A DNA stretch of 64,000 nt from an uncultured Lachnospiraceae bacterium (GTDB taxonomy: Bacteria; Bacillota; Clostridia; Lachnospirales; Lachnospiraceae). Position 1 is the stretch's first letter. Each line of letters opens with the position of its first letter. Both the position numbers and the translations under genes were made by a program. The stretch spans positions 4,333 through 68,332 of the forward strand of contig CANRFZ010000015.1 of NCBI GenBank assembly GCA_947630025.1, read 5' to 3'. Positions 21,704 to 32,121 of the stretch are shown piece by piece. Under the pieces are notes generated by a model. That model did no database searches. It was not told the origin of the DNA and was given only the letters and a program-made list of their open reading frames with translations.

Positions 21704-22584
21704 CCCCTCGGATGCGCCTTGGCGTACACTTCCCTGATGTGGTTGTGGTTCATATTGGCATAGATCTGTGTGGTGGAGATATCGGAGTGGCCCAGCATCT
21801 CCTGTACGCTCCGCAGATCCGCGCCGTTCTCCACCAGATGCGCCGCGAACGAGTGCCGCAGCGTATGAGGCGTGATATCGGCCTTGATATCGGCTTTCTT
21901 GGCATAATATTTGATCAGCTTCCAGAATCCCTGTCTGCTCATGGGCTGCCCGGAGCAGTTGGCAAACAACACGTCCGACGCCTTGTTTTCCAGCATCTCC
22001 TCCCGGGTGCCGTCCAGATACCGGGCCAGCGCGTTTCTGGCCGCCGAGCCGAAAGGGATGATCCGCTCTTTGGTGCGGTCGCGGCACAGGATAAAATTCA
22101 TCGACATATTGACATCCGACAGTTTCAGCGTGATCAGCTCCGTCACACGTATGCCCGTGGCATAGAGGAGTTCCAGCATCGCCTTGTCCCGAATCTCTTT
22201 GGGAGAATTGCCGGAGGGCTGCTCCAGCAGTCTGACCACCTCGCCGGGCGTCAGGATTTCCGGCAGCTTCTTTTCAATCTTAGGCGCTTTCAGGTCGCCG
22301 GCAATATCCTTTTCCACGATCCCTTCCTGCACCAGATAGTGATAAAAAGCCTTGAGGGAGGCAATATTCCGGGAGACCGTCGCCGCCGCGAACCGATGAT
22401 CCTCCAGATATCTGACGTAAGCGTCCAGATCCGCCTGCGTCATCTCCGCCGCAGACCGTATCCCGCGTGACTCCATAAAATTCCGCACTTTCTCCAGATC
22501 GCGCCGGTAGGACATCTCCGTGTTGGAGGACATCTCTTTCACGTTATGTAAATAAGTTATAAATGCGGTGATCTCTTTTTCCAT
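21700..22584 (-). CDS. xerD: Site-specific tyrosine recombinase XerD
   Basis: RDKAMLELLYATGIRVTE, HTLRHSFA, LGHSDISTTQIY; next to spoIIM and nudF as in Bacillus/Clostridia. Confidence 0.9.
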   Translation of the reverse strand: MEKEITAFITYLHNVKEMSSNTEMSYRRDLEKVRNFMESRGIRSAAEMTQADLDAYVRYLEDHRFAAATVSRNIASLKAFYHYLVQEGIVEKDIAGDLKAPKIEKKLPEILTPGEVVRLLEQPSGNSPKEIRDKAMLELLYATGIRVTELITLKLSDVNMSMNFILCRDRTKERIIPFGSAARNALARYLDGTREEMLENKASDVLFANCSGQPMSRQGFWKLIKYYAKKADIKADITPHTLRHSFAAHLVENGADLRSVQEMLGHSDISTTQIYANMNHNHIREVYAKAHPRG

Positions 22585-22793
22585 CCAGTCGGAAATCCTT
22601 CCTCAATGACTGCTCTTATGTAAATCAAATCCATGCCCGACTCCCATTATAATCAGATTTTTCAAGAAAAGCAAATGGATTTTCTCTTGATTTTATGGGC
22701 TTTCCGGGAACTTTCCGGCATAAAACACAACATATCGGCAGGGGATAATTTATGTCTACTATATGTGGGCAGCCGCACAGAAAAAAATTTTTT

Positions 22794-23411
22794 TCAAAAT
22801 AATTGCAGCGCCAGTCTGAGCAGTTTAGGATTGACATAACTTTCCAGCAGGCATCCTATTATGACAACTGCGGCGATCCCCGCGAACTGCAGCCCTTTTT
22901 TCAGATAAAACTGCCTGCTTTTCCCGTAATATTCCGCATACGGATTTTTGGAATAAAGCGTTCTGTTGACGCGGATGCCCCACAGAAACAGTGCGGCGTA
23001 GGCCGGCACGATCACGAGGCCCTGCGGCAGCACGCCCGCCGCCGCCAGCAGCAGTCCGCGGATGCCGTAGCGTATAATTGCCACGGACAGGACGCACCCC
23101 GCCGACAGGCCCAGATAGCCTATGTAACCGTACAGAAACGGAATGCCTATGACCGTGGTGGACAACAGTCCCAGCATACACACCGCGAACAACCGGTGCC
23201 TGACCACATATCCGAACAGGCCGCCGCCGTCCTGCACGCTGTTTCGCAGCCCGGCCAGCATATCCGCATCCAGCAGAGTGCCGCCGGTGATCCATGCGTC
23301 GTACATGAAGTTGACGATCAGAATCCCGGCTGCCAGCCCGAGGGAAAACAGGTAGAGCAGATAATAGCAGCTCCTGTCCGCAGGCTGCTGCAGCGCTCTC
23401 TCCTCTTTCAC
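22794..23411 (-). CDS. spoIIM: Stage II sporulation protein M-like membrane protein
   Basis: Multi-TM, LPQG and LESYVNP motifs; nudF-spoIIM-xerD synteny; sigma-E-like promoter upstream. Confidence 0.8.
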   Translation of the reverse strand: MKEERALQQPADRSCYYLLYLFSLGLAAGILIVNFMYDAWITGGTLLDADMLAGLRNSVQDGGGLFGYVVRHRLFAVCMLGLLSTTVIGIPFLYGYIGYLGLSAGCVLSVAIIRYGIRGLLLAAAGVLPQGLVIVPAYAALFLWGIRVNRTLYSKNPYAEYYGKSRQFYLKKGLQFAGIAAVVIIGCLLESYVNPKLLRLALQLF

Positions 23412-23441
23412 GGCACCATCCCTTTTTCCTCTTGTCTCCCT

Positions 23442-23470
23442 ATTATATGTGCGCCCTGTGCCGGAAATGC
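23442..23470 (-). promoter_or_regulatory. Sigma-E-like promoter of spoIIM
   Basis: GCATTTC-14 bp-CATATAAT on the minus strand. Confidence 0.5.
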
Positions 23471-23557
23471 AAAAACCCCGTGCAAATTCCGCACGGGATT
23501 TCTCCTGCAGGCGGCGTCCGCCTGTTATCTCTGTAAAATGCTGCCGGTTCCGCTCCG

Positions 23558-24094
23558 TTATTTCTTGTATTTATTGTAATATGCCAGAAGCGCCGCCACG
23601 GTCTTGCCGTCCTGAATCTCACAGTCGTAGACCATCCGGATCAGATCCTCGATGTCATAGACCTCCACATCCAGAAACTCGTCGTCGTCGAGATGCTGGC
23701 TGCTTTTCTGCAGATCCGTCGCCACGTAGATGTCGATTTTTTCATCGCAGAACGCCACCGTAGTACGGATCGACAAAAGCAGTTCCAGCCTGCCCGCGCG
23801 ATACCCCGCTTCCTCCTCCAGCTCTCTGGCCGCCGCCTCGTCGGTGGGCTCCTCCACGCTGTTTAAACCGCCCGCGGGGATCTCCAGCGTCTCGCGGTCC
23901 AGCGCGTTGCGGTACTGCCTTACCATCAGCAGCTTACCGTCGTCCCTGACGGCCACCACCGCCGCCGCGCCCTTGTGCCGGATATAATCCCATTTGGCCA
24001 CCTTGCCGTTGGGAATCCTGACGGTGTCCTGATAATAGTCGATGATCGCGCCTTTATGTACCAGCTCCCTGCCGATACGCTCATATTTCTCCAT
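23558..24094 (-). CDS. nudF: NUDIX hydrolase (ADP-ribose pyrophosphatase-like)
   Basis: RQYR, EIPAGG...AAARELEEEAG Nudix box, DGKT. Confidence 0.88.
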   Translation of the reverse strand: MEKYERIGRELVHKGAIIDYYQDTVRIPNGKVAKWDYIRHKGAAAVVAVRDDGKLLMVRQYRNALDRETLEIPAGGLNSVEEPTDEAAARELEEEAGYRAGRLELLLSIRTTVAFCDEKIDIYVATDLQKSSQHLDDDEFLDVEVYDIEDLIRMVYDCEIQDGKTVAALLAYYNKYKK

Positions 24095-24121
24095 ATTCCG
24101 CTCTCTCCCGATTTTTCTCGT

Positions 24122-25408
24122 CTACTGCGCCAGCAGCTTCTCGATGCTGACCAGTTTTACGCACAACACGAACAGATCCGCCGCCGCTGCCATCTCGTCC
24201 GCCGTCGGATAAGTGGGCGCGATGCGGATATTGCTATCCAGCGGATCGCTGCCGTAGGGGAACGTCGCCCCGGCTCCGGTGAGCACCACGCCGGCTTCTT
24301 TACACTTGGCGACAATCGCCTTGGCGCAGCCCTCCATCGCATCAAAGGAGATAAAATAGCCGCCCAGCGGTTTCGTCCACTCACCGATCTCCAGCCCGCC
24401 CAGCTCTCTGTCCAGAACGGCCAGCACCGCTTCAAACTTAGGGCGGATGATCGCCGCGTGCCTGCGCATATGCGCGCGGATGCCGTCGATGTCCTTAAAA
24501 TATCTCACGTGGCGGAGCTGATTGACCTTGTCGTGGCCGATGGTCTGGATCGTCATAGACCGCTTCGCCTCCTCGATATTGGCCGCCGAGGACGCAAAGG
24601 CCGCTATGCCCGCGCCGGAGAAGCTGACCTTGGATGTGGAGGCGAACTCATATACCATATCGGGATGGCCCGCCTTCTCACATTCGCCGAGAAGCTCCAG
24701 TATTTCATCCTGTCTGTCGTCATACAGATGGTGCACCGCGTAGGCATTGTCCCAATAGATCCTGAAATCCTCCGCCGCCGGCTCTAATGCCGCGAACCGC
24801 CTCACCGTCTCGTCGGAGTAGGAGATTCCCTGCGGGTTGGAGTATTTCGGCACGCACCAGATTCCCTTGACGGCGGGATCTTCGGAGACATATTTTTCCA
24901 CCAGATCCATGTCCGGGCCGGTGGGCGTCATGGGGATCGTGATCATCTCGATCCCGAAGTGCTTCGTAATCGCAAAATGTCTGTCGTAACCCGGCGCAGG
25001 GCACAGGAATTTGACTTGATCCAGTCGGCACCACGGCGTCGAGCCCAATACGCCGTGCGTCACCGCGCGGGAAACCGTATCGTACATGATCGTCAGGCTG
25101 GAGTTGCCGTACACGATGACATTTTCCGCCGGCACGCCGCCCATCATATCGCCCATCAGCCGTTTCGCCTCCGGGATGCCGTCCATCAGGCCGTAATTTC
25201 TCGTATCCGTGCCGTTCTCCGTCATCATATCGGAATCCGCATTCAGCACATCCATCAGGCCCATCCCCAGATCAAGCTGCGCGGGCGTCGGTTTGCCCCG
25301 GGACATATCCAGCTTTAACCCTTTTCCTTTTACATCCTCAAACTGCCTGTCGAGCTCTGCCTTCAGCGCCAGCAGCTCGTCGCGGCTCATCTCTCTGTAC
25401 GGTTTCAT
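24122..25408 (-). CDS. PLP-dependent aminotransferase (Rv3722c-like aspartate aminotransferase family)
   Basis: LDMSRGKP, PGYDRHF, PKYSNP, WDNAY, STSK, GGYFIS, RIAP. Confidence 0.85.
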   Translation of the reverse strand: MKPYREMSRDELLALKAELDRQFEDVKGKGLKLDMSRGKPTPAQLDLGMGLMDVLNADSDMMTENGTDTRNYGLMDGIPEAKRLMGDMMGGVPAENVIVYGNSSLTIMYDTVSRAVTHGVLGSTPWCRLDQVKFLCPAPGYDRHFAITKHFGIEMITIPMTPTGPDMDLVEKYVSEDPAVKGIWCVPKYSNPQGISYSDETVRRFAALEPAAEDFRIYWDNAYAVHHLYDDRQDEILELLGECEKAGHPDMVYEFASTSKVSFSGAGIAAFASSAANIEEAKRSMTIQTIGHDKVNQLRHVRYFKDIDGIRAHMRRHAAIIRPKFEAVLAVLDRELGGLEIGEWTKPLGGYFISFDAMEGCAKAIVAKCKEAGVVLTGAGATFPYGSDPLDSNIRIAPTYPTADEMAAAADLFVLCVKLVSIEKLLAQ

Positions 25409-25591
25409 CTCTGTGTAACGCTCCTTTCACGGCGTAATCGGCTCCTGATGCGCTATATTGTCGCATTGGATAATTGTATACAATCATACACCGCTACCTA
25501 TTCTACTACAATATGCCCGTTTGCACAAGTAGATAGAAAAGACAATTTTTGTGGGAAATCAAGCCTGTTTCTGGTAATAGTGAACAACGTA

Positions 25592-25627
25592 AAAAGACCT
25601 GCCGACGTTGTTGTCAGCAGGTCTTTT
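25592..25627. terminator. Intrinsic terminator after rny
   Basis: AAAAGACCTGC...GCAGGTCTTTT. Confidence 0.75.
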
Positions 25628-25632
25628 GTATC

Positions 25633-27180
25633 CTATTTGGCATAGTCTACGACACGGCTTTCGCGGATGACATTTACCTTGATCTGTCCGGGATATTCCA
25701 GCTCGGCTTCAATCTGTTTGGAAATATCTCTCGCGAGCAGCACCATGTCCGAATCGCTAATCTGTTCCGGAACTACCATAACACGAATCTCTCTACCAGC
25801 CTGAATAGCAAAAGATTTATCAACACCTTTGAAATTGTTTGTAATGTCTTCTAATTGTTTTAATCTGGTTGTATATGTTTCCAGCGTCTCGCGCCGTGCG
25901 CCCGGTCTTGCCGCGGAGATGGTATCCGCCGCCTGAACGAGACAGGCAATCAGCGTCTGAGGCTCCACGTCGCCGTGGTGTGATTCCACTGCATTGATTA
26001 CGGTCGGTGATTCTTTGTACTTCCTGCAGAGTTCGACACCCAGCTGGATGTGGGAACCTTCCATTTCGTGGTCTACCGCTTTGCCGATATCGTGCAGCAG
26101 ACCTGCACGTTTCGCCATCCTGATATCCAGCCCCATCTCTGCTGCCAGCAGACCCGACAACTGAGCGACTTCTATCGAATGCTTCAAAGCGTTCTGACCG
26201 TAACTGGTTCTGAACTTCATCTTACCGAGCAGTCTGACCAGTTCGGGGTGAATGCCATGTACGCCGACTTCCAGCGTCGCGGCCTCACCTTCCTCTTTCA
26301 TCATCACTTCTACTTCCCGCTGCGCTTTTTCAACCATCTCCTCGATGCGGGCGGGATGGATACGTCCGTCCACAATCAGTTTTTCAAGCGCGATCCTCGC
26401 CACTTCCCTGCGGATCGGATCAAATCCTGACAGGATGACCGCCTCCGGCGTATCGTCTATGATGAGATCCACGCCGGTCATCGTCTCGAGAGTCCTGATG
26501 TTACGTCCCTCTCTGCCGATGATCCTTCCTTTCATCTCATCATTGGGAAGCTGCACGACGGATATGGTCGTCTCGGATACGTGGTCAGCCGCACATTTCT
26601 GAATGGCCGTCACAACGTATTCCTTGGCTTTCTTATCCGCCTCCTCTTTGGCTCTGCTCTCCATCTCCTTGATCATGACAGCAGATTCATGCCTGACTTC
26701 ATCTTCAACAATTTTCAACAGATAATCTTTTGCTTGTTCGGAGGTTAAACCTGAGATTCGTTCCAGTTCCTGTAATCTCTGCTCGTTGAGCTTGGATATC
26801 TCGTCCACCTGTTTGGCCAGAGCTTCTTCCCTCTTTACCAAATTGGCTTCTTTCTTTTCGATCGCATCGGCTTTCTTATCGATGTTCTCCTCTTTCTGCT
26901 GAACGCGCCGTTCATAACGCTGCGTCTCCGCACGGCGTTCCTTGATTTCCTTGTCGAGTTCATTCTTCGTCCGAATGGACTCCTCCTTGACCTCAAGCAG
27001 CGACTCGCGCTTCTTCGCCTCAGCAGTCTTGAGAGCTTCATCAATAATCTCTCTGGCTTTCTCCTCCGCGTTGCCGATCTTGGTTTCCACAACTTTCTTG
27101 CGATAGTTGATGGCGGCCACTACCGATACCGGAACGGAGACAACCAGCGTGACGATGACTGCTATCACGACTTGCACCAT
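25633..27180 (-). CDS. rny: Ribonuclease Y
   Basis: N-terminal TM, coiled coil, KH domain ([13 protein letters not shown]), HD domain (LLHDIGK). Confidence 0.97.
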   Translation of the reverse strand: MVQVVIAVIVTLVVSVPVSVVAAINYRKKVVETKIGNAEEKAREIIDEALKTAEAKKRESLLEVKEESIRTKNELDKEIKERRAETQRYERRVQQKEENIDKKADAIEKKEANLVKREEALAKQVDEISKLNEQRLQELERISGLTSEQAKDYLLKIVEDEVRHESAVMIKEMESRAKEEADKKAKEYVVTAIQKCAADHVSETTISVVQLPNDEMKGRIIGREGRNIRTLETMTGVDLIIDDTPEAVILSGFDPIRREVARIALEKLIVDGRIHPARIEEMVEKAQREVEVMMKEEGEAATLEVGVHGIHPELVRLLGKMKFRTSYGQNALKHSIEVAQLSGLLAAEMGLDIRMAKRAGLLHDIGKAVDHEMEGSHIQLGVELCRKYKESPTVINAVESHHGDVEPQTLIACLVQAADTISAARPGARRETLETYTTRLKQLEDITNNFKGVDKSFAIQAGREIRVMVVPEQISDSDMVLLARDISKQIEAELEYPGQIKVNVIRESRVVDYAK

Positions 27181-27407
27181 TACAGGAGCACCTCCTTATT
27201 AAATTTTCATTGTACATGATCTATTCTAGAATGTTTCAGTTGAATTATCACCGTATTTTACAACTGCATATAACAACATTCTATAGTTAGCAAAATTACA
27301 ACACTTAAATTCTATACTCATTTTGATGTTATGTCAAGCAAAAATAAATCGCCCGCCGGAGGCTGCCGCGAGGCCGAATGCTTCCGTTTCGGAAACGCAA
27401 CGCCGGA

Positions 27408-28346
27408 CTACCACTCATCCTTTTCGGGAATGATTTTGTATACCGCCGTGTTCTGATACGCCCGCGGCTCCGCATGGGCGAACAGAATCGTGCCGTCTGT
27501 GGGAGAACAGATTTCATCCGTCACGTTCCCCTCATAGCAGTCGGCGATGCACGCCAGCACCTGCCCTTTCCGCACGTGCTCCCCCGCGCCCGCTTTGCCC
27601 TCAAAAAATCCGGCGGTCCTGTTGCGCACGGTCACCATCTCCTCCGTGGAAACCACCTTGGACACATAGCCCTCAAATCCGTCGTAGTCGATCGCATCCG
27701 TTTTCCGCAGGAAATTCAGCACGGCTTCCACCGCCTGCCTTGCGCTCGCCCTGTCGATCTCCTCGGTGGAAGTCGTGTAGACGGAGAAAGCCTTCGTCTC
27801 CCACACCTGCCAGTTATAATTCAGCGTGGTGGTATCGAACGGCCGGGGCGTGTGCAGGACGACATAAGGAAACCCGAACTGCTTCGCCAGTTCCACATCC
27901 TCAAACCCCGTCTTCATCACACGGATGTGCGGCACAAACCTGCCCGGCATATAGAAGGAGGCAAACTGCAATCCATAAACATAGTCCTTGATTGCCTCAA
28001 AGAGCCCGCCCGCGATCCGCTGCGTCGTCTCCCCCTCGTCGTACCCCGGAAACATTCTGTTGATGTCTGTGTTATCGATACTCCAAAACCTTTTCTTGAT
28101 GTTCATGGAATAGGGATTGACACAGGGCACGACCAAAATCTCTTTTCCCTCATGAATGCGGCCCGCCGCCTCCAGCTCCTTCAATTTTCGGATGAGCTGC
28201 GAGCAGCAGTATAATTGCTGATTTTCGTTGCCCCGCATACTGCCGACGATGCAGACGGCCTTCTCCCCATGCCCGAAAGAAAACCCCGACACGCGGAAGT
28301 CATCGCGGTACAGCGCCTTGATCTCAAACAGAATTTTCTTTTCCAT
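27408..28346 (-). CDS. M14/AstE-AspA family peptidase homolog, apparently catalytically degenerate
   Basis: Fold motifs VNP and DINRMFPG are present, but GSMRGNE replaces GIHGDE and QFAS replaces DIHAS; C-terminal lipoyl-like barrel. Confidence 0.75.
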   Translation of the reverse strand: MEKKILFEIKALYRDDFRVSGFSFGHGEKAVCIVGSMRGNENQQLYCCSQLIRKLKELEAAGRIHEGKEILVVPCVNPYSMNIKKRFWSIDNTDINRMFPGYDEGETTQRIAGGLFEAIKDYVYGLQFASFYMPGRFVPHIRVMKTGFEDVELAKQFGFPYVVLHTPRPFDTTTLNYNWQVWETKAFSVYTTSTEEIDRASARQAVEAVLNFLRKTDAIDYDGFEGYVSKVVSTEEMVTVRNRTAGFFEGKAGAGEHVRKGQVLACIADCYEGNVTDEICSPTDGTILFAHAEPRAYQNTAVYKIIPEKDEW

Positions 28347-29268
28347 ACAGTATCCTTCCTAGCAGAGAGCCCTCGCTGACAACGGGATATTCTCTGATGG
28401 TAAAAAGCCAGCCGTCCGCTGGAGACGTAATTTCGTCCGCCACCGCGCCCGTCAAAGGATTGACGATTCTGCCGATCAAATCGCCCTTTTTCAGGACAGC
28501 TCCGTGCCCGACGTTTTTCAGGAAAATGCCGGACGTAGGGGCGTTCAGGAAACAGACGTCCTCATTGTCCGCAGAGACGATGGGCGTTCTCACGCCAAAA
28601 TCCTCCCCTGTCCAGATGCCGAGACGCTTCATCAGGTGGACGATTCCGGCGAACAACTGGTCGCCGTACGCCTGCGTAATGCGCATACCGACGCCCATCT
28701 CCACCACCAGCGTCGGCGTGCCCGCCGCATTCAGGCTATGGGCAAAAGTGGATTCCAGCACGGTGCTGGCTCCATGAATCCAGATCAAATCCACATTCGC
28801 CTCCTCAGCGTAGGGGAGAAGTCTGTCCTTGTGCAGTTCGTTGATGCGGATCTGCGGCACCTCCGTCAGAAAAATATTGCTGGCGTGAATATCAAACACC
28901 AGATCCGAGCCCGCCGCGTCCTTCACGATCTGCGCCGCCAGATACTCGTTCATGTCCCCCTCCGTGTTCCCCGGAAAAATGCGGTTCATATCCAGATCGA
29001 AAGCCGGAATGCCCCGCGTGATGGAATCGATGCCGAAAGGGTTGAGCGCCGGATAGACGTCTACCGTTCCGGCGAGATAGTTCCTGTTTTTCTGTATGTA
29101 GTCGGACAGCATATAGCACACATACTGCCCCTCCAGCTCATCCCCATGGATGCCTGTGACTATGCTGATTCTTCTGCCGTTTCCTCCGTCCTTAGGCTGC
29201 AGCCGCATTTTGCGGATCTGCAGCGTCTCGTCCACCGGAAGATCAACCTGCACAACCGTTTCGATCAT
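28324..29268 (-). CDS. M14/AstE-AspA family zinc peptidase (succinylglutamate desuccinylase/aspartoacylase-like)
   Basis: GIHGDELEG, DMNRIFPG, DIHAS, VVEMG; C-terminal lipoyl-like barrel. Confidence 0.85.
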   Translation of the reverse strand: MIETVVQVDLPVDETLQIRKMRLQPKDGGNGRRISIVTGIHGDELEGQYVCYMLSDYIQKNRNYLAGTVDVYPALNPFGIDSITRGIPAFDLDMNRIFPGNTEGDMNEYLAAQIVKDAAGSDLVFDIHASNIFLTEVPQIRINELHKDRLLPYAEEANVDLIWIHGASTVLESTFAHSLNAAGTPTLVVEMGVGMRITQAYGDQLFAGIVHLMKRLGIWTGEDFGVRTPIVSADNEDVCFLNAPTSGIFLKNVGHGAVLKKGDLIGRIVNPLTGAVADEITSPADGWLFTIREYPVVSEGSLLGRILYGKENSV

Positions 29269-29288
29269 TTCCGCTTACCGTTCCTCTC

Positions 29289-30092
29289 TCAGGCGGACGT
29301 CCCGCCGTTTTCCGTCACTTCGACCAGAATGCTCTGCCGCTGCGCTGCCTGCCCTGTAAAGACGCCCCTGTTGATCGAGCAGTCCCGATAGTCTCTGCCG
29401 TGGGAGATCTTGATATGGGCGTCCTCCACGGGGATATTGTTGGTCGGATCAAAGCCGTGCCAGCGCGCGCCGTCATAGATCTCCACCCACGCATGGCTCT
29501 CTCCCTCGCCCGTCATCATACCCACCACATATCTCGAAGGAATCCTGTCCTCCCGGCACAGGGCAAGCAGGATATGCGAATAGTCCTGACATACGCCGCT
29601 CCCAAGCGCCAGTGCATCTTCCGCAGTGGTGTTGATGTCCGTCACGCCCCTGCCGTACCGTATGCTCCCGTGCACCGCCTCCATATAGACAAGCGCTTTG
29701 TCTCGCAGCGGCATATCCGCCGTCCGTTTCCGGCAGTGTCCGAGCAATTCCCGCGTCCTTTTTCCCGGCTGCGTCAGCGGCGTCCGATAACGGTAGACCG
29801 AGAGATCCGGGATATTCTGCGGCATAACCGGACCCTGCACATCAGTCACCGCAGTGCCGGTTACATCCACCAAAAAGAGACTGTGCTCCTCCTCGACCGT
29901 GCCATACAGCATCCTGTTTCCGAAAGAGTCTGTACCCTCCTGCACCGTGCCGTCTGGCGATATCTTGTAAACGCACTTTTCTATGCGCTGCGTCCCGCCC
30001 GTCTGCGGCAGGCATTTCAGCGTATAAATGTGACTGTGCACCGGTTCGGAGAAAGCGATCTCCATATGATAGTGGAATTGTAATGTTTTCAT
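29289..30092 (-). CDS. Transglutaminase-like protein
   Basis: Catalytic triad motifs GVCQDYSH, SHAWVE, FDPTN; HGRDYRD. Confidence 0.9.
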   Translation of the reverse strand: MKTLQFHYHMEIAFSEPVHSHIYTLKCLPQTGGTQRIEKCVYKISPDGTVQEGTDSFGNRMLYGTVEEEHSLFLVDVTGTAVTDVQGPVMPQNIPDLSVYRYRTPLTQPGKRTRELLGHCRKRTADMPLRDKALVYMEAVHGSIRYGRGVTDINTTAEDALALGSGVCQDYSHILLALCREDRIPSRYVVGMMTGEGESHAWVEIYDGARWHGFDPTNNIPVEDAHIKISHGRDYRDCSINRGVFTGQAAQRQSILVEVTENGGTSA

Positions 30093-30096
30093 GTTG

Positions 30097-30765
30097 TCAA
30101 TCCTTGCGCAAAGTGTCAGCCAATGCTACGACCTTATCATAGTCTATCTGTTCTTCTTCCGCAAGTTTTTTCAACTCCGCCAGATTGTTCTCGTCATAGT
30201 GCAGATTGGTGCGCACGATCCGCCCCGCGAGGCGGTGCACCTCCCTGACGATGCTTTCCCGGTCCATCTGCAGCCGTCCGTACAGATCCAGACGTTCGAT
30301 CCGTTTGCCGGTCTTGATGACGTTTCGTATGTTTTCATTCTCGATCATGTCATCCACGATGCCCCAGAATGCCAGAATATTGTCCTCCACCTTCTGCAGG
30401 CCCACCAGCGGCGCCCTTGACACCCTGCTTTTCTTCATATCATAGACCGAGAGCTGAATATAAGTGATCGGCTCGCTCCCGATCTCATTTCTGAGCACGA
30501 TGGCGTTATCGTACGCCCGCATCAGATTGGAGTAGATCGAGTTTGGATCGTTTTCGTCCGAGATATAACGGCTGCAGAAATCTTCCCGGGAACTGTAAAT
30601 ATTGGGAATATCCAACTGCCTGCAAAAAGCCGCATAGTTGTCCATATCCACATCTATCATCCTGTCAAAGCTATCCGCGAACAGTCTTGCCGATGTGTAG
30701 ACACGCTCGGAATATCTGCCGAGCCAGAACAGTCTGTCTAAGTTTTCTACTGAGATAATACCCAT
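30097..30765 (-). CDS. Alpha-E domain protein
   Basis: LFWLGRYSER, AYDNAIVLR and GKRIERLD motifs; overlaps the ATP-grasp gene stop. Confidence 0.85.
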   Translation of the reverse strand: MGIISVENLDRLFWLGRYSERVYTSARLFADSFDRMIDVDMDNYAAFCRQLDIPNIYSSREDFCSRYISDENDPNSIYSNLMRAYDNAIVLRNEIGSEPITYIQLSVYDMKKSRVSRAPLVGLQKVEDNILAFWGIVDDMIENENIRNVIKTGKRIERLDLYGRLQMDRESIVREVHRLAGRIVRTNLHYDENNLAELKKLAEEEQIDYDKVVALADTLRKD

Positions 30766-32066
30766 GTGTCTTTAAATCCTCCTCCCTGCGACGAGTTGAC
30801 GATGAAAGAATCCGGATCTCTGGAAAAGCGCGTCAATCCGCTTTTCCAGACGATCGGTTCGTCCGCCATGAGAACGAACGCCCGCAGATCCGCCTTGCGC
30901 GGCACACGGCTCGCGTTCTCCACAATATCGATGTCCTTGAAGTCGATGACCTCCTGCGCGATGAATCTTCTCGGCTCTCTCTTTAAAAGTGCGATAAAGT
31001 CCTCTTTCTGCTGCGCCGTCATCCGGTCTGCGAAGACGACTCCGTACCCTCCTGCCTCCGCCACATCTTTTAATACAAGATCGTCGAAATGCTCCAGCAC
31101 ATACCGCATATCCTCCTCATAATAGGGCAGATAAGTCGGCGCATTCTGTAAGATTGGCTCCTCGCCGAGATAGTACCGCACCATCTTCGGCACAAAATAG
31201 TAGATCCCTTTATCGTCCGCCACGCCGTTGCCCGGCGCGTTGAGGAGCGCCACATGACCTTTCCGGTATACGTCATAAATATGCGGAATACCGATGACCG
31301 ACTCCTCGTTGAAGGTCATGGGATCAAGATACTCGTCGGAAATCCTTCTATAAACGGCTCCCACTTTCTCCCGCCTGCCGGAGTAATCGATAAAGTACAG
31401 GTAATCGTCCTCCACCATAAGCTCGCTGCCCGTCGCCAGATGTGCGCCCGTCTTTTCCGCGAAATAAGAGTGCTCGAAGTAGGCGGCGTTGTAGCGTCCC
31501 GGCGTAAGAATCACCGTATGTCCTCCCGTATTGACATAGTCCATCGTCCGGCGCAGCAGTTTTGCATAGACTCTGTTGTCTTCCACATGATAGGTCTCGA
31601 AAGTGGCAGGGCTGCTCCTTCTGCAGATTTCTCTGGCAATCATCGGATAAGACGCCCCTGACGGCACCCGCAGATTATCCTCCAGCACATACCACGCATC
31701 GTTCCTGCCCTGTACCAGATCGATCCCCGCGATGTGGGTGTAGATCCCTTTGGGCGGCACCACGCCGTCGCAGGGCGCCAGATACCCCGACGAGATGTAT
31801 ACGAACTCCTCAGGCACGACTTTGTCCCGAATGATCTTCTTTTCACCGTAAATATCCCGAATAAAGCAGTTGAGCGCCATGACACGCTGCTTCAGCCCTT
31901 TTTCCAGATACGCAAACTCGTCCTTCTTGATGATTCTTGGGATTGTGTCAAACGGAAAGAGCTGCTCCTTGAACTCGTTGTTCTTGTATATCCCGAATTT
32001 CACGCCGTATCGCGCCAGCAGTTCGTTCACCGTTTCCGCCCGCTTGGTCAGTTCCATGTTCTGCAT
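30747..32066 (-). CDS. Circularly permuted type 2 ATP-grasp peptide ligase
   Basis: PFDTIPR, GLKQR, GIDLV, VLEDNLRVPSGASY, NAAYFEH, NAPGNGVADDK, DLRAF, VNSSQGGGFKDTWV. Confidence 0.92.
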   Translation of the reverse strand: MQNMELTKRAETVNELLARYGVKFGIYKNNEFKEQLFPFDTIPRIIKKDEFAYLEKGLKQRVMALNCFIRDIYGEKKIIRDKVVPEEFVYISSGYLAPCDGVVPPKGIYTHIAGIDLVQGRNDAWYVLEDNLRVPSGASYPMIAREICRRSSPATFETYHVEDNRVYAKLLRRTMDYVNTGGHTVILTPGRYNAAYFEHSYFAEKTGAHLATGSELMVEDDYLYFIDYSGRREKVGAVYRRISDEYLDPMTFNEESVIGIPHIYDVYRKGHVALLNAPGNGVADDKGIYYFVPKMVRYYLGEEPILQNAPTYLPYYEEDMRYVLEHFDDLVLKDVAEAGGYGVVFADRMTAQQKEDFIALLKREPRRFIAQEVIDFKDIDIVENASRVPRKADLRAFVLMADEPIVWKSGLTRFSRDPDSFIVNSSQGGGFKDTWVLSQ

Positions 32067-32121
32067 CTTTCATCCCTCGCTTTCTCGTTGACAATGCGTT
32101 ATGCCTCTCACGCGGCGAAAT

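Noticed and set aside
21700-22584. Tyrosine recombinase as a prophage or ICE integrase
   Set aside because: Size, motifs and nudF-spoIIM-xerD synteny match housekeeping XerD; no mobile genes nearby.
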